Shown here in pieces: positions 23,636 to 36,984 of a stretch of 64,000 nt of DNA (positions within the stretch are counted from its first letter, which is position 1; each line of letters starts with the position of its first letter). The DNA is taken from contig OZ024745.1 in assembly GCA_964016885.1 (NCBI GenBank), positions 123,504,001 through 123,568,000 of the forward strand, in the 5' to 3' direction. The translations under genes and the position numbers were made by a program. The notes below the pieces were generated by a model. The model was not told the origin of the DNA and made no database searches. It saw only the letters and a list, made by a program, of their open reading frames with translations. Source of the stretch: Eledone cirrhosa. Taxonomy: Eukaryota.

Positions 23636-26126
23636 ATTACTTGAAGCTTTGGACAGTAAGGAAGAGCAATTAAAGACACACAATATAGAGGAACAGTGGG
23701 AATTCCTGAAAGTTAACCTGCTGAAGGCGACAGATGAAATCTGTGGCTGAAACAGACCTATAGGCAGGAGGAGAGTAACGTGGTGGTGGAGGAGTCAATG
23801 AAGGCCAACAAGCAGGCTTGGAAAGTATGGTGGGATGGGGGATGTAGAGAACACTACCAAGTGACCCGGAAGGGAAGCTAGGAAACAAGTGTACTTTGCA
23901 AGAAGGGAAGCAGAGGAAATAAAGTTCAAGCATGTTCTACAATGCGAGGACCAAAAACGTGAGGTGTTCAGGATTGCTAGGGAATGTGTCAAGAAAAACC
24001 GTGATATTGTCGGGGAGAAGTGTGTCCGTAATGATGATGGTGTACTTGCCATCACTGACGCTGATAAAAAGGTAGCTTGGAATTGTCACTACAAGAGGCT
24101 ACTAAATGAGGAGAATAAATGGGAAAAAGATAGTCAGCCCCAAATCGATTCAATAGAGGGACCAACTGTGCAAGTTGAAGGAAGTACAATAAGTAAGGTA
24201 ATCAAAGATATGAAGACAGGCAAGGCAGCTGGATCTTCAGAGATAGTTGCTGAAATGCTGAAAGCATCTGAAACAGTGGGACACAATATGTTCACCCGGA
24301 TAGTAAACCAAGTCATACATCACGGGGTTATACCAAATGACTGGCGTAGCATCATCATCATTAACTGCTACAAGGGTAAAGGAGATACCCTAGATAGGGG
24401 AAACTATAGTGACATTAAATTAATTGACCAGGTCATGAAGGTCACAGAAAGAGTTATAGCGCAACTAATCAGAGAGCGAATTGATCTGGATGAAATGCAG
24501 TTTGGGTTTGTGTCAGGTAAAAGTACCACAGATGCCCTTTTCCTTGTATGACAACTACAGGAGAAGTACCTAGCTAAAAGTAAACTCCTCTACTTAGCTT
24601 TTGTTGACTTGGAGAAAGCATTTGATAGAGTCCCACGCTCCATCATCTGGTGGGCCCTTAGAAAACTAGAAGTAAATGAATGGCTTGTGAGAGCTCTATA
24701 CAAGCCATGTATAAAGATACAGTCAGTAAGGTTAGAATTAGCAATGAATATAGTGAAGAATTTAGCGTAAAAGTCGGTGTTCATCAAGGCTCTGTCGTCC
24801 TTCAGGCTATAACAGAGGAGTTTAAGATTGGTTTCCCATGGGAACTTTTATATGCAGATGATCTAACTCTCATAGCTGAATCTATGGCTGAACTAGAGAA
24901 GAAATTCCAAACATGGAAGCATGGCCTAGAATCAAAAGGCCTTAAAGTTAACTTGTCTAAGACTAAAGTTCTAGTTTGTAGAAAGGAAAATAGGGCACTG
25001 GTCCCCTCTGGCAAATGGCCATGCTCAGTATGTAGGAAAGGAGTAGGCAGAAATTCCATTCTATGTCCCAAATGCAAACTATGGGTACATAAAAGATGTA
25101 GTGGGATCACAGGCAAGCTATCTATGAACATAGATTTTGTATGTGGTCCATGCTCAGGTGCAAGTGCCCACAAATTACTAGCTCCTTCTACTGCCCAGAT
25201 GGTTCCATAGAAATAGTGGACACTTTCCGTTACCTGGGTGACAAAATCAGCTGTGGTGGTGGGTGTTCTGAAAATACAGTAGCCAGAGTCAGAACGGGAT
25301 AGAAAAAGTTCAGAGAGCTTATACCGCTGTTGGCAACAAAAGGTTTCTCTCTGAAAATGAAAGGCAGATTGTATGATGCTTGTATAGGAACAGCAATGTT
25401 ACATGGCAGTGAGACATGGGCATTGTGTGCAGAGGTCCTGCGCAGACTGGAAAGGAACGAAGTATGCATGCTCCGCTGGATGTGTAATAGTAATATGCAC
25501 GAACGGCGAAACATAAATGAACTAAGTGAGAAATTAGGAATAAGAGGGATCAGATGCTGTTTACTCGAGAGAAGATTACGTTGGTATGGTCACGTGATGC
25601 GCATGAAAGACGACAGCTGTATAAAATAGTGCAGGGCGATCAAAATTGAGGGACGTAACGGAGTGGGTAGACCCAGAAAAACCTCTCTAAGACAATGTCA
25701 CTGGATCGAGATCTTTGGCGGCATGCAGTATTTCAGAAGACCCGCCTTCCCTACGTGCAAAATTAACCTACAGTCAGTAGGCCCTTCAAAATCAAACACA
25801 CCCCAACCCACTACCCCACCCCATCCTCTCACTCCCGCCAACACTCCCACCCTTTTTCTATAAAGTTATGTTGGTACCACAACATCCAGTCCAAACTAAT
25901 GAGATGGTGTAGGTGTCACGACAAAAAAAAACACAGTCTATGCTGTAATGTGGCCATGTAGGTAACACGGTAAACAGTTCTCAGTCCACACTGTAAACGT
26001 GGTTGGTGTTAGGAAGGGCATCCAGCTGTAGAAAACCTATATGAGCGAGACACGATCATCCAACCATCTTGCCTCAAGTGCGACAACTCCTGTCTAACCC
26101 ATGCTAGTGTGGAAGATGGATGTTGA

Positions 26127-26158
<32 letters not shown>
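23636..26158 (+). mobile_element. RTE-clade LINE, 5' truncated, disrupted ORF (RT with YADD, PHD-type finger, 3' UTR, (GAT)n tail)
   Basis: YKGKGD..NY..IKL, QFGF, FVDLEKAFDRV, GVHQGS, LLYADDL, CSVC..CPKC..H..C..CGPC, WYGH; several stops and frameshifts. Confidence 0.95.
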
Positions 26159-27519
26159 ATATATATACATATACGCACACACACAGGATAATGTAGACAT
26201 AGATGTACTATATCTGGAAATAAGATGTGATAGTTATGACCTTTGATGCTAAGTCAGCCTGATCAGAGCTGACCCGGGCCTAAACAATAACAACAATAAC
26301 AACAACTGTAGTATATGATGTCATTTTGTGTCAGTAGTCATATATTAGTTGATATTTCTTGTAATTATTTGAGAGATGTTATGGCTAAGGGCAAAATGTA
26401 CTTGTCTGTAATTAATGATTGGAAGCTGATTTTTAGTTCCATGTTTTCATGTTTCCAAAGTTTGCAAACAATGGAAACGGTGCTGTGCTTGCTGAATAGT
26501 CTAAATGTAAACTAAATAATAATAATCATACAATTAAATTGATTTTGTACGGTTTTCGATTGATTGTATGATTTTTATTTCATATGCTCGTCAAAAATTA
26601 AGCTCAAATTTAACACAGCTGTTTGTCATGACGTTACCTGCACAATTTATAAGGCAATTGGAATAACTACCCTCAACCCCTATCCCTATCCCACCTTTCT
26701 TAATTTATTTTTGTCTTTTTAAATTTGTAACTTTTATTTTCATTTGAATAATGACATGTTAATGCTAACGGCCGTTGCATTTCATTTCTAGCTTTCGATA
26801 TATTTAAAAATCAAATGTGTAATATTGAAACAGAATTGAAATTGTTTGACATTTAAATGAGCTATCTAAATTTGAAGAAGCTTTGGTTTACATTGGCAAT
26901 TGTTATGAATACAAAAGGATGTGAGGGTTGGTTTTGGAAGAATTGGTTGATATTTGAAACAGTGTAATTTGATTAGAATACATAAATCTCACCACAAATA
27001 CTAGAGATATGCATGAATATTTAATGAAAGCTATTTCCAACTGCTTCTAATAATGATAATAAAAACAACAACAATAATAATAATAATTGTTTTGACTGGT
27101 ACTGCACACGTATTGAGAAGAGCATTATCTCCGTAAGATTGATATCCCTCCTTGTATTTACATATGCACATGTGTATATATATATGTATACTGTTTTTTT
27201 GTTTTTTTTAAAAATTATAATCAATGTGCTATATTAACTGGCTTACCAATGCACACTGTGAATTTATTTGCCCTAGGTGTCGGGAAGACACTCGGCATAT
27301 ATCTCAGAAACAATAATGAAAGAAAATAATAAAATAATAATAATAATAATTACAAAAAAGAAAGAAAATTCAATGGAAAAATTCTAATTGTAACATTCTT
27401 CTATTCATTCATTCATTCAAGAAAAAGTTTTATATATTTTAATTTTTTTTCAATTTTTTATAAAGATAATTGCTAAGGAATGAGTTATGATTCCCATACT
27501 TGCAAATTGTTGCTGCCAC

Positions 27520-27680
27520 TACTTCATCATGATCATTATCCTCAGCTTTATCATCACCTTCATCATCACAACCATCACCATCATTATCATCGCCTTCATC
27601 ATCACCACCATCACCTTCATCATCACCACCATCACCATCACCATTTCCATCACCATCATCATCACCACCACCCTGCTCAC
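27520..27680. repeat. Degenerate (CAT/CAC)n trinucleotide tract
   Basis: Low-complexity run; source of the His-, Ile/Thr- and Asp/Gly-rich ORFs. Confidence 0.85.
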
Positions 27681-27905
27681 CCATTACTATCCTCTTCCTT
27701 ATCCTTCATCTCAAACACTTTATCGATGTTGTCACCCCCTTTTCCTCGTTAACATTGCAGTCCTGTTCATTATTATAACTTTCTTCTTCCATCATTAACG
27801 TTTCAGTTGATTAAAAAATATATATAGTTTTTAAAGAAGCTTTTATTTTAATTTGTGTATATATGTATGTTTGTGTGTGTGTGTGTGTGTATATGTATGT
27901 ATGTA

Positions 27906-27950
<45 letters not shown>

Positions 27951-28030
27951 AAAAACTAAATAGATAAACAACAAAGGAAAACAATACAGTACAATCAAGA
28001 TATTAGTTTAACTCTCTCTCTCTCTCTCTC

Positions 28031-28032
<2 letters not shown>

Positions 28033-28077
<45 letters not shown>

Positions 28078-28611
28078 GTTTAATGTCCATCTTCCACGCT
28101 TGCATGGGTTTGGACGGGAATTTTCCCACTTGAGGCAAGATTGGTTGTCTTGCTCGTATAGGACTGTCTGGCGGATTTTCTACGGCTGGATGCCCTTCCT
28201 AACACCAACCACGTTTACAGTGTGGACTGGGAGGTTTTTACCGTGTTACCTACATGGCCACATTACAGCGTGGACTGTGTGTTTTTTTTGTCATGAAACC
28301 TACATGACCTCATTTGTTTCGGCCTGGATGCTGTGGTACCAACATAACTTAACATTGAAAGTTGTGGTGTGGATGGGGTGGGGGTAGTGGGATGGGGGTG
28401 TATTTTGTTAGAGGTGCCTACTGACTGTAGGTTTCGCTTTGTACATAGGCAAGGGGGGTCTTCTGTATTACTGTGTAGCGCCAAATATCTCGGTTCAGTG
28501 ACATTGTCTTGGAGAGGTGTAAGTGTGTGAGGTCGGAATTTATCAAGTCGTCCCAGGTTTTTCTGGGTCTGCCTACTCCGTGGCTACCATCTATTTTTAT
28601 CACCCTGCACT
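28033..28611 (-). mobile_element. RTE LINE 3' end with long (GAT)n tail
   Basis: KCRVIKIDGSHGVGRPRKTWDDLI.. plus 3' UTR matching the other copies. Confidence 0.92.
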
Positions 28612-28815
28612 TTATGCGGTTTACGGTTTCCACTCCTCATTCTTATTCCATCTGGAGTAGGATATTTTTAAGCGGTGTGTACAGCTTATCGTCATTTCAG
28701 CTTTGCTGTTGAGCTCGTGGGGTGCCGTAATGATATGGTAGAGCTCCATGAGGCAAAGCTCGCACTTCCTCTTGAGTTGTATGGTGCAGCTCTGCCAACA
28801 ATTTCCCAGTGCGTG
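28612..28815 (-). mobile_element. Penelope-like element fragment (C-terminal extension of the GIY-YIG endonuclease)
   Basis: Reverse strand, with one frameshift: WEIVGRAAPYNS / KCELCLMELYHIITAPHELNSKAEMTISCTHRLK, matching the W.I...A.PY...C.LC..E..I....LN...E....C.H pattern. Confidence 0.65.
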
Positions 28816-28935
28816 GATATTAACACTTCTAATATTTAACACTGCCGGCACTAGTATTGAGCACCCTCTGCATACGCTATTGGCAAATAACTACATGTAT
28901 TGCCTATCCCTCCTTCTCTCTCTCGATACGTAAAT

Positions 28936-28986
<51 letters not shown>

Positions 28987-28989
28987 GCA

Positions 28990-31830
28990 CCCACGTTTAC
29001 AGTGTGGAACTGGGAACTTTTTACGGTGTTACCTACATGACCACATTACAGCGTAGACTGTGTTTTTTGTCGTGACACCTACATGACCTCATTTATTTTG
29101 GACTGGATGTTGTGGTACCAACATAACTTTACAGAGAGAGGGTGGTGTTAGTGGGAGTGGGGGCTGGAGTAGGTGTTGTGGGATGGGGGTGTATATTTGG
29201 TTAAGAGGTGCCTACTAACTGTAGGTTTCGCTATGTACATAAGCAAGGCAGGTCTTCTGTATTACTGTATAGCGCCAAAGATCTCGGTCCAGTGACATTG
29301 TCTTAGAGAGGTGCAAGTGTGTAAGGTTGGAATTTATCAAATCGTCCCGGCTTTTTCTGGGTCTACCTACTCCATAACTTCCATCAATTTTGATCGCCCT
29401 GCACTTTTTATATAGCTGTCGTCTTTCATGCGCATCACATGACCATACCACTCGAGTAAACAGCATCTGATCCCTCTTATACCTAATTTCTCACTTAGTT
29501 CATATATGTTTTGCCGTTCATGTATATTACTATTACACATCCAACGGAACATGCATGCTTCGTTCCTCTCCAGTCTGTGCAGGTTCTCTGCACACAATGC
29601 CCATGTCTCACAGCCATGTAACATTGCTGTTCGTATGCATGCATCATACAATCTGCCTTTCATTTTTAGAGAGAAACCTTTAGTGGCCAATAGTGGTATA
29701 AGCTCTCTGAACTTTTTCCATCCTATTTTGACTCTGGCTACTGTACTTTCAGAGCATCCTCCACCACTGCTGATCTTGTCGCCCAGGTAACGGAAGGTGT
29801 CCACTACTTCTATTGAACCATCTGGGCAATAAAAGGAGCTAGTATCCTGTGGGCACTTGCTACTTATTGCACCTGAGCATCGGCCACATATAAAATCTAC
29901 ATTCTTAGATTGCTTACCTGTGATCCCACTACATCTTTTATGTACCCATAGTTTGCATTTGGGACATAGAATGGAATTTCTGCCTACTCCTTTCCTACAC
30001 ACTGAGCATGGACATTTCCCAGAGGGCACCTGTGCTTTATTTTCCTTTCTACATACTAGAACTTTAGTGTTAGACAAGTTAACTTTAAGGCCTTTTGATT
30101 CTAGGCCAAGCTTCCATGTTTGGAATTTCTTCTCTAGTTCAGCCATCGATTCAGCTATAGAAGTTCCCATGGGCAGCCGGTCTTGAACTCCTCTGTTATA
30201 GCTTGATGGGCAATAAATAGGAGGGGGCTAAGAACAGAGCCTTGACGAACACCAACTTTTACGCTAAATTCTTCACTATATTCGTTGTTAATTCTAACCT
30301 TGCTGACTGTATCTTTATACATGGCTTGTATAGCTCTCACAAACCATTCACTACTCCTAGATTTCTAAGACCCCACCAGATAATGGAACGGGGGGACTCT
30401 GTCAAATGCTTTCTCCAAGGCAACAAAAGCTAAGTAGAGGGGTTTACTTTTAGCTAGGTACAAACCCAAACTGCATTTCATCTAGATCAATTCGCTCTCT
30501 GATTATTTGCGCTATAACTCTTTCTGTGACCTTCATGACCTGGTCAACTAATTAATGCCTCTGTAGTTTCCCCTATCTAGGGTATCTCCTTTACTCTTGT
30601 AGCAGTTAATGATGATGATGCTATGCCAGTCATTTGGTATGTTCCCATTCTGTATTATATGGTTTACTATCCGGGTGACAATAGTGTGTCCCACCATTCC
30701 AGATGCTTTTAGCATTTCAACAACTGTCTCCGAAGGCCCGTCTTCATACCTTTGATTGCCTTACTTATTATACTATCTTTAACTTGCACCGCTGGTCCCT
30801 CTATTGGATCAATTTGGGGCAGACTATCTTTTTCCCATTTATTCTCCTCATTTAGTAGTCTCTCGTAGTGACACTTCCAAGCTACCTTCTTATCAGCATC
30901 AGTGATGGCAAGTACACTGTCATCATTATGGACACACTTCTCTCCGACAATATCACTGTTTTCCTTGACACATTGTCTTGCAATCCTGAACACCTCACGT
31001 TTTTGGTCCTCACGTTGTAGAACATGCTTGAACTTTCTTTCCACTGCTTCCCTTCTTGCAAAGTACATTTTTCTCCTAGCTTCTCTCCTGGCCACTTTAT
31101 AGTGTTCTCTACTTCTCCCATCCCGCCATACTTTCCAAGCCTGCTTTTTGGCCTTACTGTTCCACCATGACATTACTCTCCTCCTGCCTATAGGTCTGCT
31201 CCAGCCACAGATTTCATCTGTCGCCTTCAGCAGGTTAACTTTCAGGAATTCCCACTGTTCCTCTATATTGTATATCTCTAATTGCTCTTCTTTACTGTCA
31301 AAAGCATCAAGTAATAAGCTTTTAAATTTGTTACTGGCTGTGGGGTCCTTTAACTTCCTTATTCTTCTCCTCAGGGTAGTCCTCCTCATAGAACCTGTCC
31401 TTTATAACCCCAGGTAGTCCAGATTGGGGTGTGTAAGCGGATATTATTGTCACAGTAGTTCTATTTAGGACTAGTCTTATTTTAATTACTCTGTCATTCA
31501 CTCTATTTACGACAATTACCTTATCTACCCATTTTTCTGCTAACATAATTCCTACTCCACCCAGCCCATTGTCATTTCCCACCCAGAAAAGTTTATAGCA
31601 TCGTTTTTTACCCACAATGAATCTAACAGACCCACCCTTCCACCTAGTCTCATGAACATAACAAACATCAACTTCCTTACGTTCAAGCATCTCTACTATA
31701 ACCTCATTTGAGCGACCTTTTAAAGTGCCTACATTCATGGTACCAACTCTGAAGTTTTGGATTTTGTTGGGTGGGTAGAAGGGATAGGTTGGAGGCACAG
31801 GGAGGGGTGAGGGAGATGGGGTTAGGTGTA
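28990..31830 (-). mobile_element. Near full-length but disrupted RTE LINE (APE endonuclease, RT, PHD-type finger)
   Basis: VGTMNVGTL..ETRWKG..GVGI..ISAYTPQ (APE N-half), RT motifs, C4HC3 finger. Deletions remove the APE C-half and the YADD motif (PWELL|IAES); last part of the 3' UTR missing. Confidence 0.95.
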
Positions 31831-31885
31831 TATATATGTATATATCATCTAGAAAACACACATGTTGTTATGAGGATGTCTGCTT

Positions 31886-32005
31886 GCAAACATCTTAACT
31901 CCTAAGGTACTGCACTATTGTGAAGCAAACATCTTAGCTGCCAAGTTACTACACCATTGTGAAGCAAACATTAGCTGTTATGTTACTTTACCATTGCAAA
32001 GTAAA
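31886..32005. repeat. Diverged ~39 bp tandem repeat, 3 copies
   Basis: gcaaacatcttaRct...ttactacaccattgtgaa repeated. Confidence 0.75.
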
Positions 32006-32012
32006 CTTTTAA

Positions 32013-32458
32013 CCCTTTACCATTTACATTACTCTATATATACTATTATATTTTCACTGTAAAGACTTTATCTCACATAATTATCTCACATAATATTGAA
32101 TCTATGAGATTTTGATATTATTTATTTTGAGAACAATACCTTAACATCAGTATGAGTTGCTAGTTACAGCTGGTTTGAACAGAAAGAGGTGAGAGAATTC
32201 TGGTCGGATATGGCCGGTTTAAATGCTAAAGCAGTCATGTCAAACTGAGGGTCCCTTGAGGGCCACATGGGTCACATGTGTTGTCAGAGGCCCACACACG
32301 ACAACTGATTGTGTACATTACAACTAATTTTTAAAATTTTATATTACAAAGATAAAACATGCTCGTGCTGTAAAAACCTTTGTGCGAGCCGCAGGTGTAC
32401 TTGTAAAGGGCTGCATGCAGCCTGCGTGCCACATGGTTGACATGTCTGTGCTAAAGGG
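32013..32458 (+). mobile_element. piggyBac-type MITE family C with a hAT-like MITE in its right TIR
   Basis: TTAA ends; TIR split at tgctaaag. Confidence 0.85.
32232..32448. mobile_element. hAT (Charlie-like) MITE
   Basis: TIRs cagtcatgtcaa / ttgacatgtctg (CAG...CTG) and exact 8 bp TSD tgctaaag (32224-32231, 32449-32456). Confidence 0.85.
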
Positions 32459-33529
32459 TTAAACTACTCAGCCATACCTGTGTCCACTTCTATGTTTCAG
32501 TACCCAACATTCTATTACAGTTGTTGTATTTTACTACCAGTCGTAGTTTCTGTATGTGTAGTCATATCTGAAATAACTTTAAATGTACTCAACTTAAAAT
32601 GTGTGCATCAAAGAACAGGTGTTTAATGATGATGGTGACGTTTGTGGTGGTGGTGGTTGTGGTGTTGTTGTTAATGATAGTGTTGTTGTTGCTGTTGGGG
32701 CTAGTGGTGTTTATTAAATCAAAGTTTAATTACTTATCTTGAAATTCATTTAAAGAAATTATAATATTTTATGAAGTGTCAATTTTAATTTGTTGAATCC
32801 ATATAAATGAAGATTAAGAAAAACATGGGTGAAAAATCCAAATGCAACAGAATAAATAACTGCAACAACAGCAACAGTAACAACAACAGATATGTCATAT
32901 GAAGGTATTATAAATTGATTTCAATAAAATATGAGTGGTACACCTTAAGGAATCCCCCTTAGCTATACTGAAGGACATGCTGGGACAGGGAGAAGACAAG
33001 AGAAGACAGCATTTTTACTGACAGGCTACACTTGTCATATCTGTGGGGATTCTGATAATTGAATAAAATAATATGGTAGTGGGGAGTATGGGGATACCGG
33101 GGGGGGGGGGGGTCTGAAGAGAAGACAAAGTGAAGGAAAGGAGGGGGGCATGACAATAAAGACAAAACAACAACAAAACACCCAACAATTTATAAGTTAA
33201 GTCAATCAAAATGACATGTTAAGGTAGCAAGAGAAAGAAACCTTCCATATATTTCTGGATGTTTGGTTGTTTATATTGTATTTGGTTGGCTCATTTTAAA
33301 TGTTGCTGTCTTGTTTGCTTCTGATTTGACTGGTTTTATATGGAATAAAGAACTGCAGATGATTGTAAATAATGAGGAATGGTGGATAGGTAGGATCGGT
33401 CTTTTAGTGTCTAGCTGGATTTTTTTCTCTACTAGAATTTTTTTCCATATGCTGAATCGTATGTGTATGTGTATATGTGTGTATATATGTATGTGTATAT
33501 TTATATGTATGAGTATATAAATATAATGT

Positions 33530-34222
33530 GCAAACACAGACACACATACAAAAATACTCACTCACAGACATACATTGACACAAACACACTCATATACATT
33601 CACACAAACACACACATATACATTCACACATGCATTCACACAAACACACACATGCATTCACAAAAACACATCCAGTCACACACACATGCATTCACAAAAA
33701 CACATGCATTCACACAAACACACACACACATTCACACAAACACACATTCACACAAACACACATGCATTCACACAAACATACACAAATACATTCACACAAA
33801 CACACACATACATTCATACAAATACACACACATGCTTTCACACAAACACACACATGCATTCACAAAAACACATCCAGTCACACACACATGCATTCACAAA
33901 AACACATGCATTCACACAAACACACACACACATTCACACAAACACACATTCACACAAACACACATGCATTCACACAAACACACATACATTCACACAAACA
34001 CACACATACATTCATACAAATACACACACATGCTTTCACACAAACACACATTCACACAAACACACACATGCTTTCACACAAACACACACAAATGCATTCA
34101 CACAAACACACACAAATGCATTCACACAAACACACACAAATACATTCACACAAACACACACAAACGCATTCACACAAACACACAAATACATTCACACAAA
34201 CATATACACATACATTCACACA
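33530..34222. repeat. Compound CA-rich minisatellite with a higher-order ~200 bp duplication
   Basis: cattcacacaaacacaca units; the block containing aaaacacatccagtcacac occurs twice. Confidence 0.9.
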
Positions 34223-35172
34223 GAGCGTAGTTTTTTGTCACCATTCCCTTCCTTCCCTTTACACACACATACATTCACACAGGCAGCAGATGTGAAGAGA
34301 GAGGAGTAGTATGAGATAGTCAAACTACTCCTCTCTCTTTAAGTGTTGTGACAGAATTGCAGAAATTTATATATAGATTTGCTTATTTTATTTCATTTTT
34401 ATTATTTTTTATTCTAATTTTATCTTTTTTTAAAATTTTTTATTCTAATTTTATCTTTTTTTAAATTTATTTTTTTATTTTTAGAATTTTATAATTTATT
34501 GTCTATATTGCTTTTGTTATATCTGTAGAAGACCATAACCAGAAACTCTGTATTCTTCACTTATTTTTGACACTGATTCTGACAAAAGGATTACAGGGAA
34601 TTAATATATTTTGCTTTGTTATGAAAAATGACATATTTTTGTCACAGTATTAGATGTTGGTGGGCAGCTTCTAGTAATTGACTTTGTTGTTGCCATTGTT
34701 GTTACCACCACCACCACCTCCTTCTTTTCCTTCTTCTTTTTTTCTTTATCTTCTTTATCTTCTTTTTCTTCTTCTTCCATCACTCCTCCTCCTCCCCCTC
34801 CTCCTACCACCACCACCACCACCACCACCACCACCACCACCACTACTACTACTACTACTACAGACCTCTGTGTGTTTGCTTGGACTTCTAGAAACAGCAG
34901 TCAAATCTCCTTCAAATGAGATCCTATCTGAACCACAATACCCAGCAATCATTTTCAGACCACATTTTTGCTGTTAGTGCAAGGGTAAGCCTTGCAGTCC
35001 CAATGACAGACCTCATATTAATCTTTGGGTTGTTTTTGAGGCAATATTTTACTGAGATGTCCTTTCAGATGCCAACCCTTTTAATAACCTGCTGTGGTAC
35101 ACACACATGACTTGCTCTAGCTATTCTAAACTAAATATACACGGAATGACATCCTATTATTTTAACTCTTAA

Positions 35173-35393
35173 CCCTTTAATATTTACATTACTCTATATA
35201 TACTATTGTATTTTCATGGTAAATGCTTTACTTCACATAGTTATCTCACATAATATCAAATCTATGAGATTTTGATGTTATTTATTTTGAGAACAATACC
35301 TCAATATCAGCATGAGTGGCCAGTTATGGCCGATTTGAACAAAAAGAGGTGAGAGAATTTTGGCTGGATATAGCCGGTTTAAATGCTAAAGTG
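35173..35393 (+). mobile_element. piggyBac-type MITE family C
   Basis: Family body and TIRs. Confidence 0.83.
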
Positions 35394-35895
35394 TTATCTA
35401 TCTGTAATGATTTAGCAGAAAATATATAAAAACTGGTTTGTTAAATTCAAATGTTTATAGTATCTTTACTGTTGGGCAGATCATTGTAAAAACCAGCAAT
35501 ATTGGAGTAAAGACGTCCCTTTTTAATGTAATTCAGTGTAATAAAATGTGTCAGTTAACCAAACTTTGCTCATGCATTCCATATTTTGGCATGGTCTCAA
35601 TATCAGAGGTTCTCAAAGTGGACAAGTTTGAGACGGTTTCTTCAAGCAGGACCCACTGGAAAGAGTATTTAAAGACTCTGCTCCTACGATTTTTTCAGGA
35701 AGGAGGAGGAGGAGGAGGAGAAGAAGAAGAAGAAGAAAAAGAAGAAATGGCAGAAAACACTTGCCTGAGGTGCCATGCAGTGGGATAAAATTCAAGACTA
35801 TGTGGTTGTGAGACCATTATTAATCATGCAGCCATGCCTACACTTATTTCTTTCAAGCATTTCCTCTTCCTATGCAGTCATTAAATAATATATAT

Positions 35896-36237
35896 GGAGG
35901 CACATGGCTTAGTGGTTAGAGCATTGGCCTTGCAATCGAAAGGTTGTGAGTTCAATTCTCAGACCGGGTGATGTGTTGTTTCCTTGAGCAAGACACTTTA
36001 TTTCACATTGCTCCAGTTTACTCAGCTGTAGAAATGAGATGATAGGGACTGGGGTCCCTATCATTCCACTGCAAAGTGGTCGTGGAGGTGCCACGGCCAA
36101 AAAGTACCCAGCACTCACTGTAAATGAGGTTGGTGTTAGGAAGGGAATCCAGCTGTAGAAATCAAGCCAGAATCAGTTCCCGTCCCACCCTTGCAAGCAG
36201 GGAAAAACGGACATATGAGGATGATGATGATGATGAT
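35896..36237 (+). mobile_element. tRNA-derived CORE-type SINE (family 2) with RTE-derived tail
   Basis: A-box tggcttagtgg, B-box gagttcaattc, ccttgagcaagacacttta core, 3' part matching the LINE 3' UTR at 47680-47835, (GAT)n end. Confidence 0.88.
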
Positions 36238-36621
36238 AAATTTGGATCTTTTAATGTTTACCTCATTTCCTTTTCTCAAATCTAGAGCCTCATCCAGTGT
36301 CATGTGATGTTAAGTAATTATGAGTATAAGACTTTCACCAGTCTAGCTGCTCTTCATATTTATTTTAAAGCAACATGAAATAAATGTCTAGTTGATCCAG
36401 CGATTGAACCCACAACCTTACAAATAATAAAACTAACATTCTCACCACTAGGCCACATACTCTTTTATCTCACCCTTATACAGAACATTTAAACAAAGCA
36501 AGGTTATTTTTACCTGTTTACAATACTTCATGAATCATGAAATTAGTTAATAAATTATTTGCTTCAATTATTCACTGTATCTTAATTGCTATTACCAATA
36601 ATAATCTTTCAATAATTATAG

Positions 36622-36743
36622 ACATGACTGATCAGGGCCTGAAACTTACTGACCAACCTCACATAGTTGTTACAACACCAGGACGACTTGCTGACCACTT
36701 GGAAAGTTGTGACACATTTAATTTCAAGCAACTAAGATTTCTG
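36622..36743 (+). CDS. DDX49: Next internal exon of the DDX49-like helicase, motif Ib up to just before the DEAD box
   Basis: Acceptor tatag|, donor |gtaag. Joins in frame to the 22385-22470 exon (a+ac=Asn): NMTDQGLKLTDQPHIVVTTPGRLADHLESCDTFNFKQLRFL. TPGRLADH is typical of DDX49/Dbp8. Implies a ~14.1 kb intron. No GKT-motif or DEAD-motif exon found in the window. Confidence 0.88.
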
Positions 36744-36984
36744 GTAAGATACATTGTTTACTAATTTGGTTTTTAATTTAATTTGGTCTTTGCAATTTAT
36801 ATTAATATTGAATTAATGAGTTCAGTGTTAACAAAATGTTGGTACCGCCGCCACCTTTTTTTCTTCTTTTTCTTGTCTTTTTTTCATTTTCTTTTTCTTT
36901 TTCTTCTTTTTTCTTTTTCTTTTTTCTCTTTCTTTTTCTTCTTCTTTGCCTTCTCCTTCTCTTCTTCTCCTCCTCCTCCTCCTG

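Noticed and set aside
23889-25629. RTE ORFs as an active retrotransposon or host gene
   Set aside because: Multiple stops and frameshifts; the other long copy lacks YADD and half of the endonuclease.
27439-27798. Poly-His and Asp/Gly-rich ORFs
   Set aside because: Degenerate trinucleotide tract, open in several frames, with no gene context.
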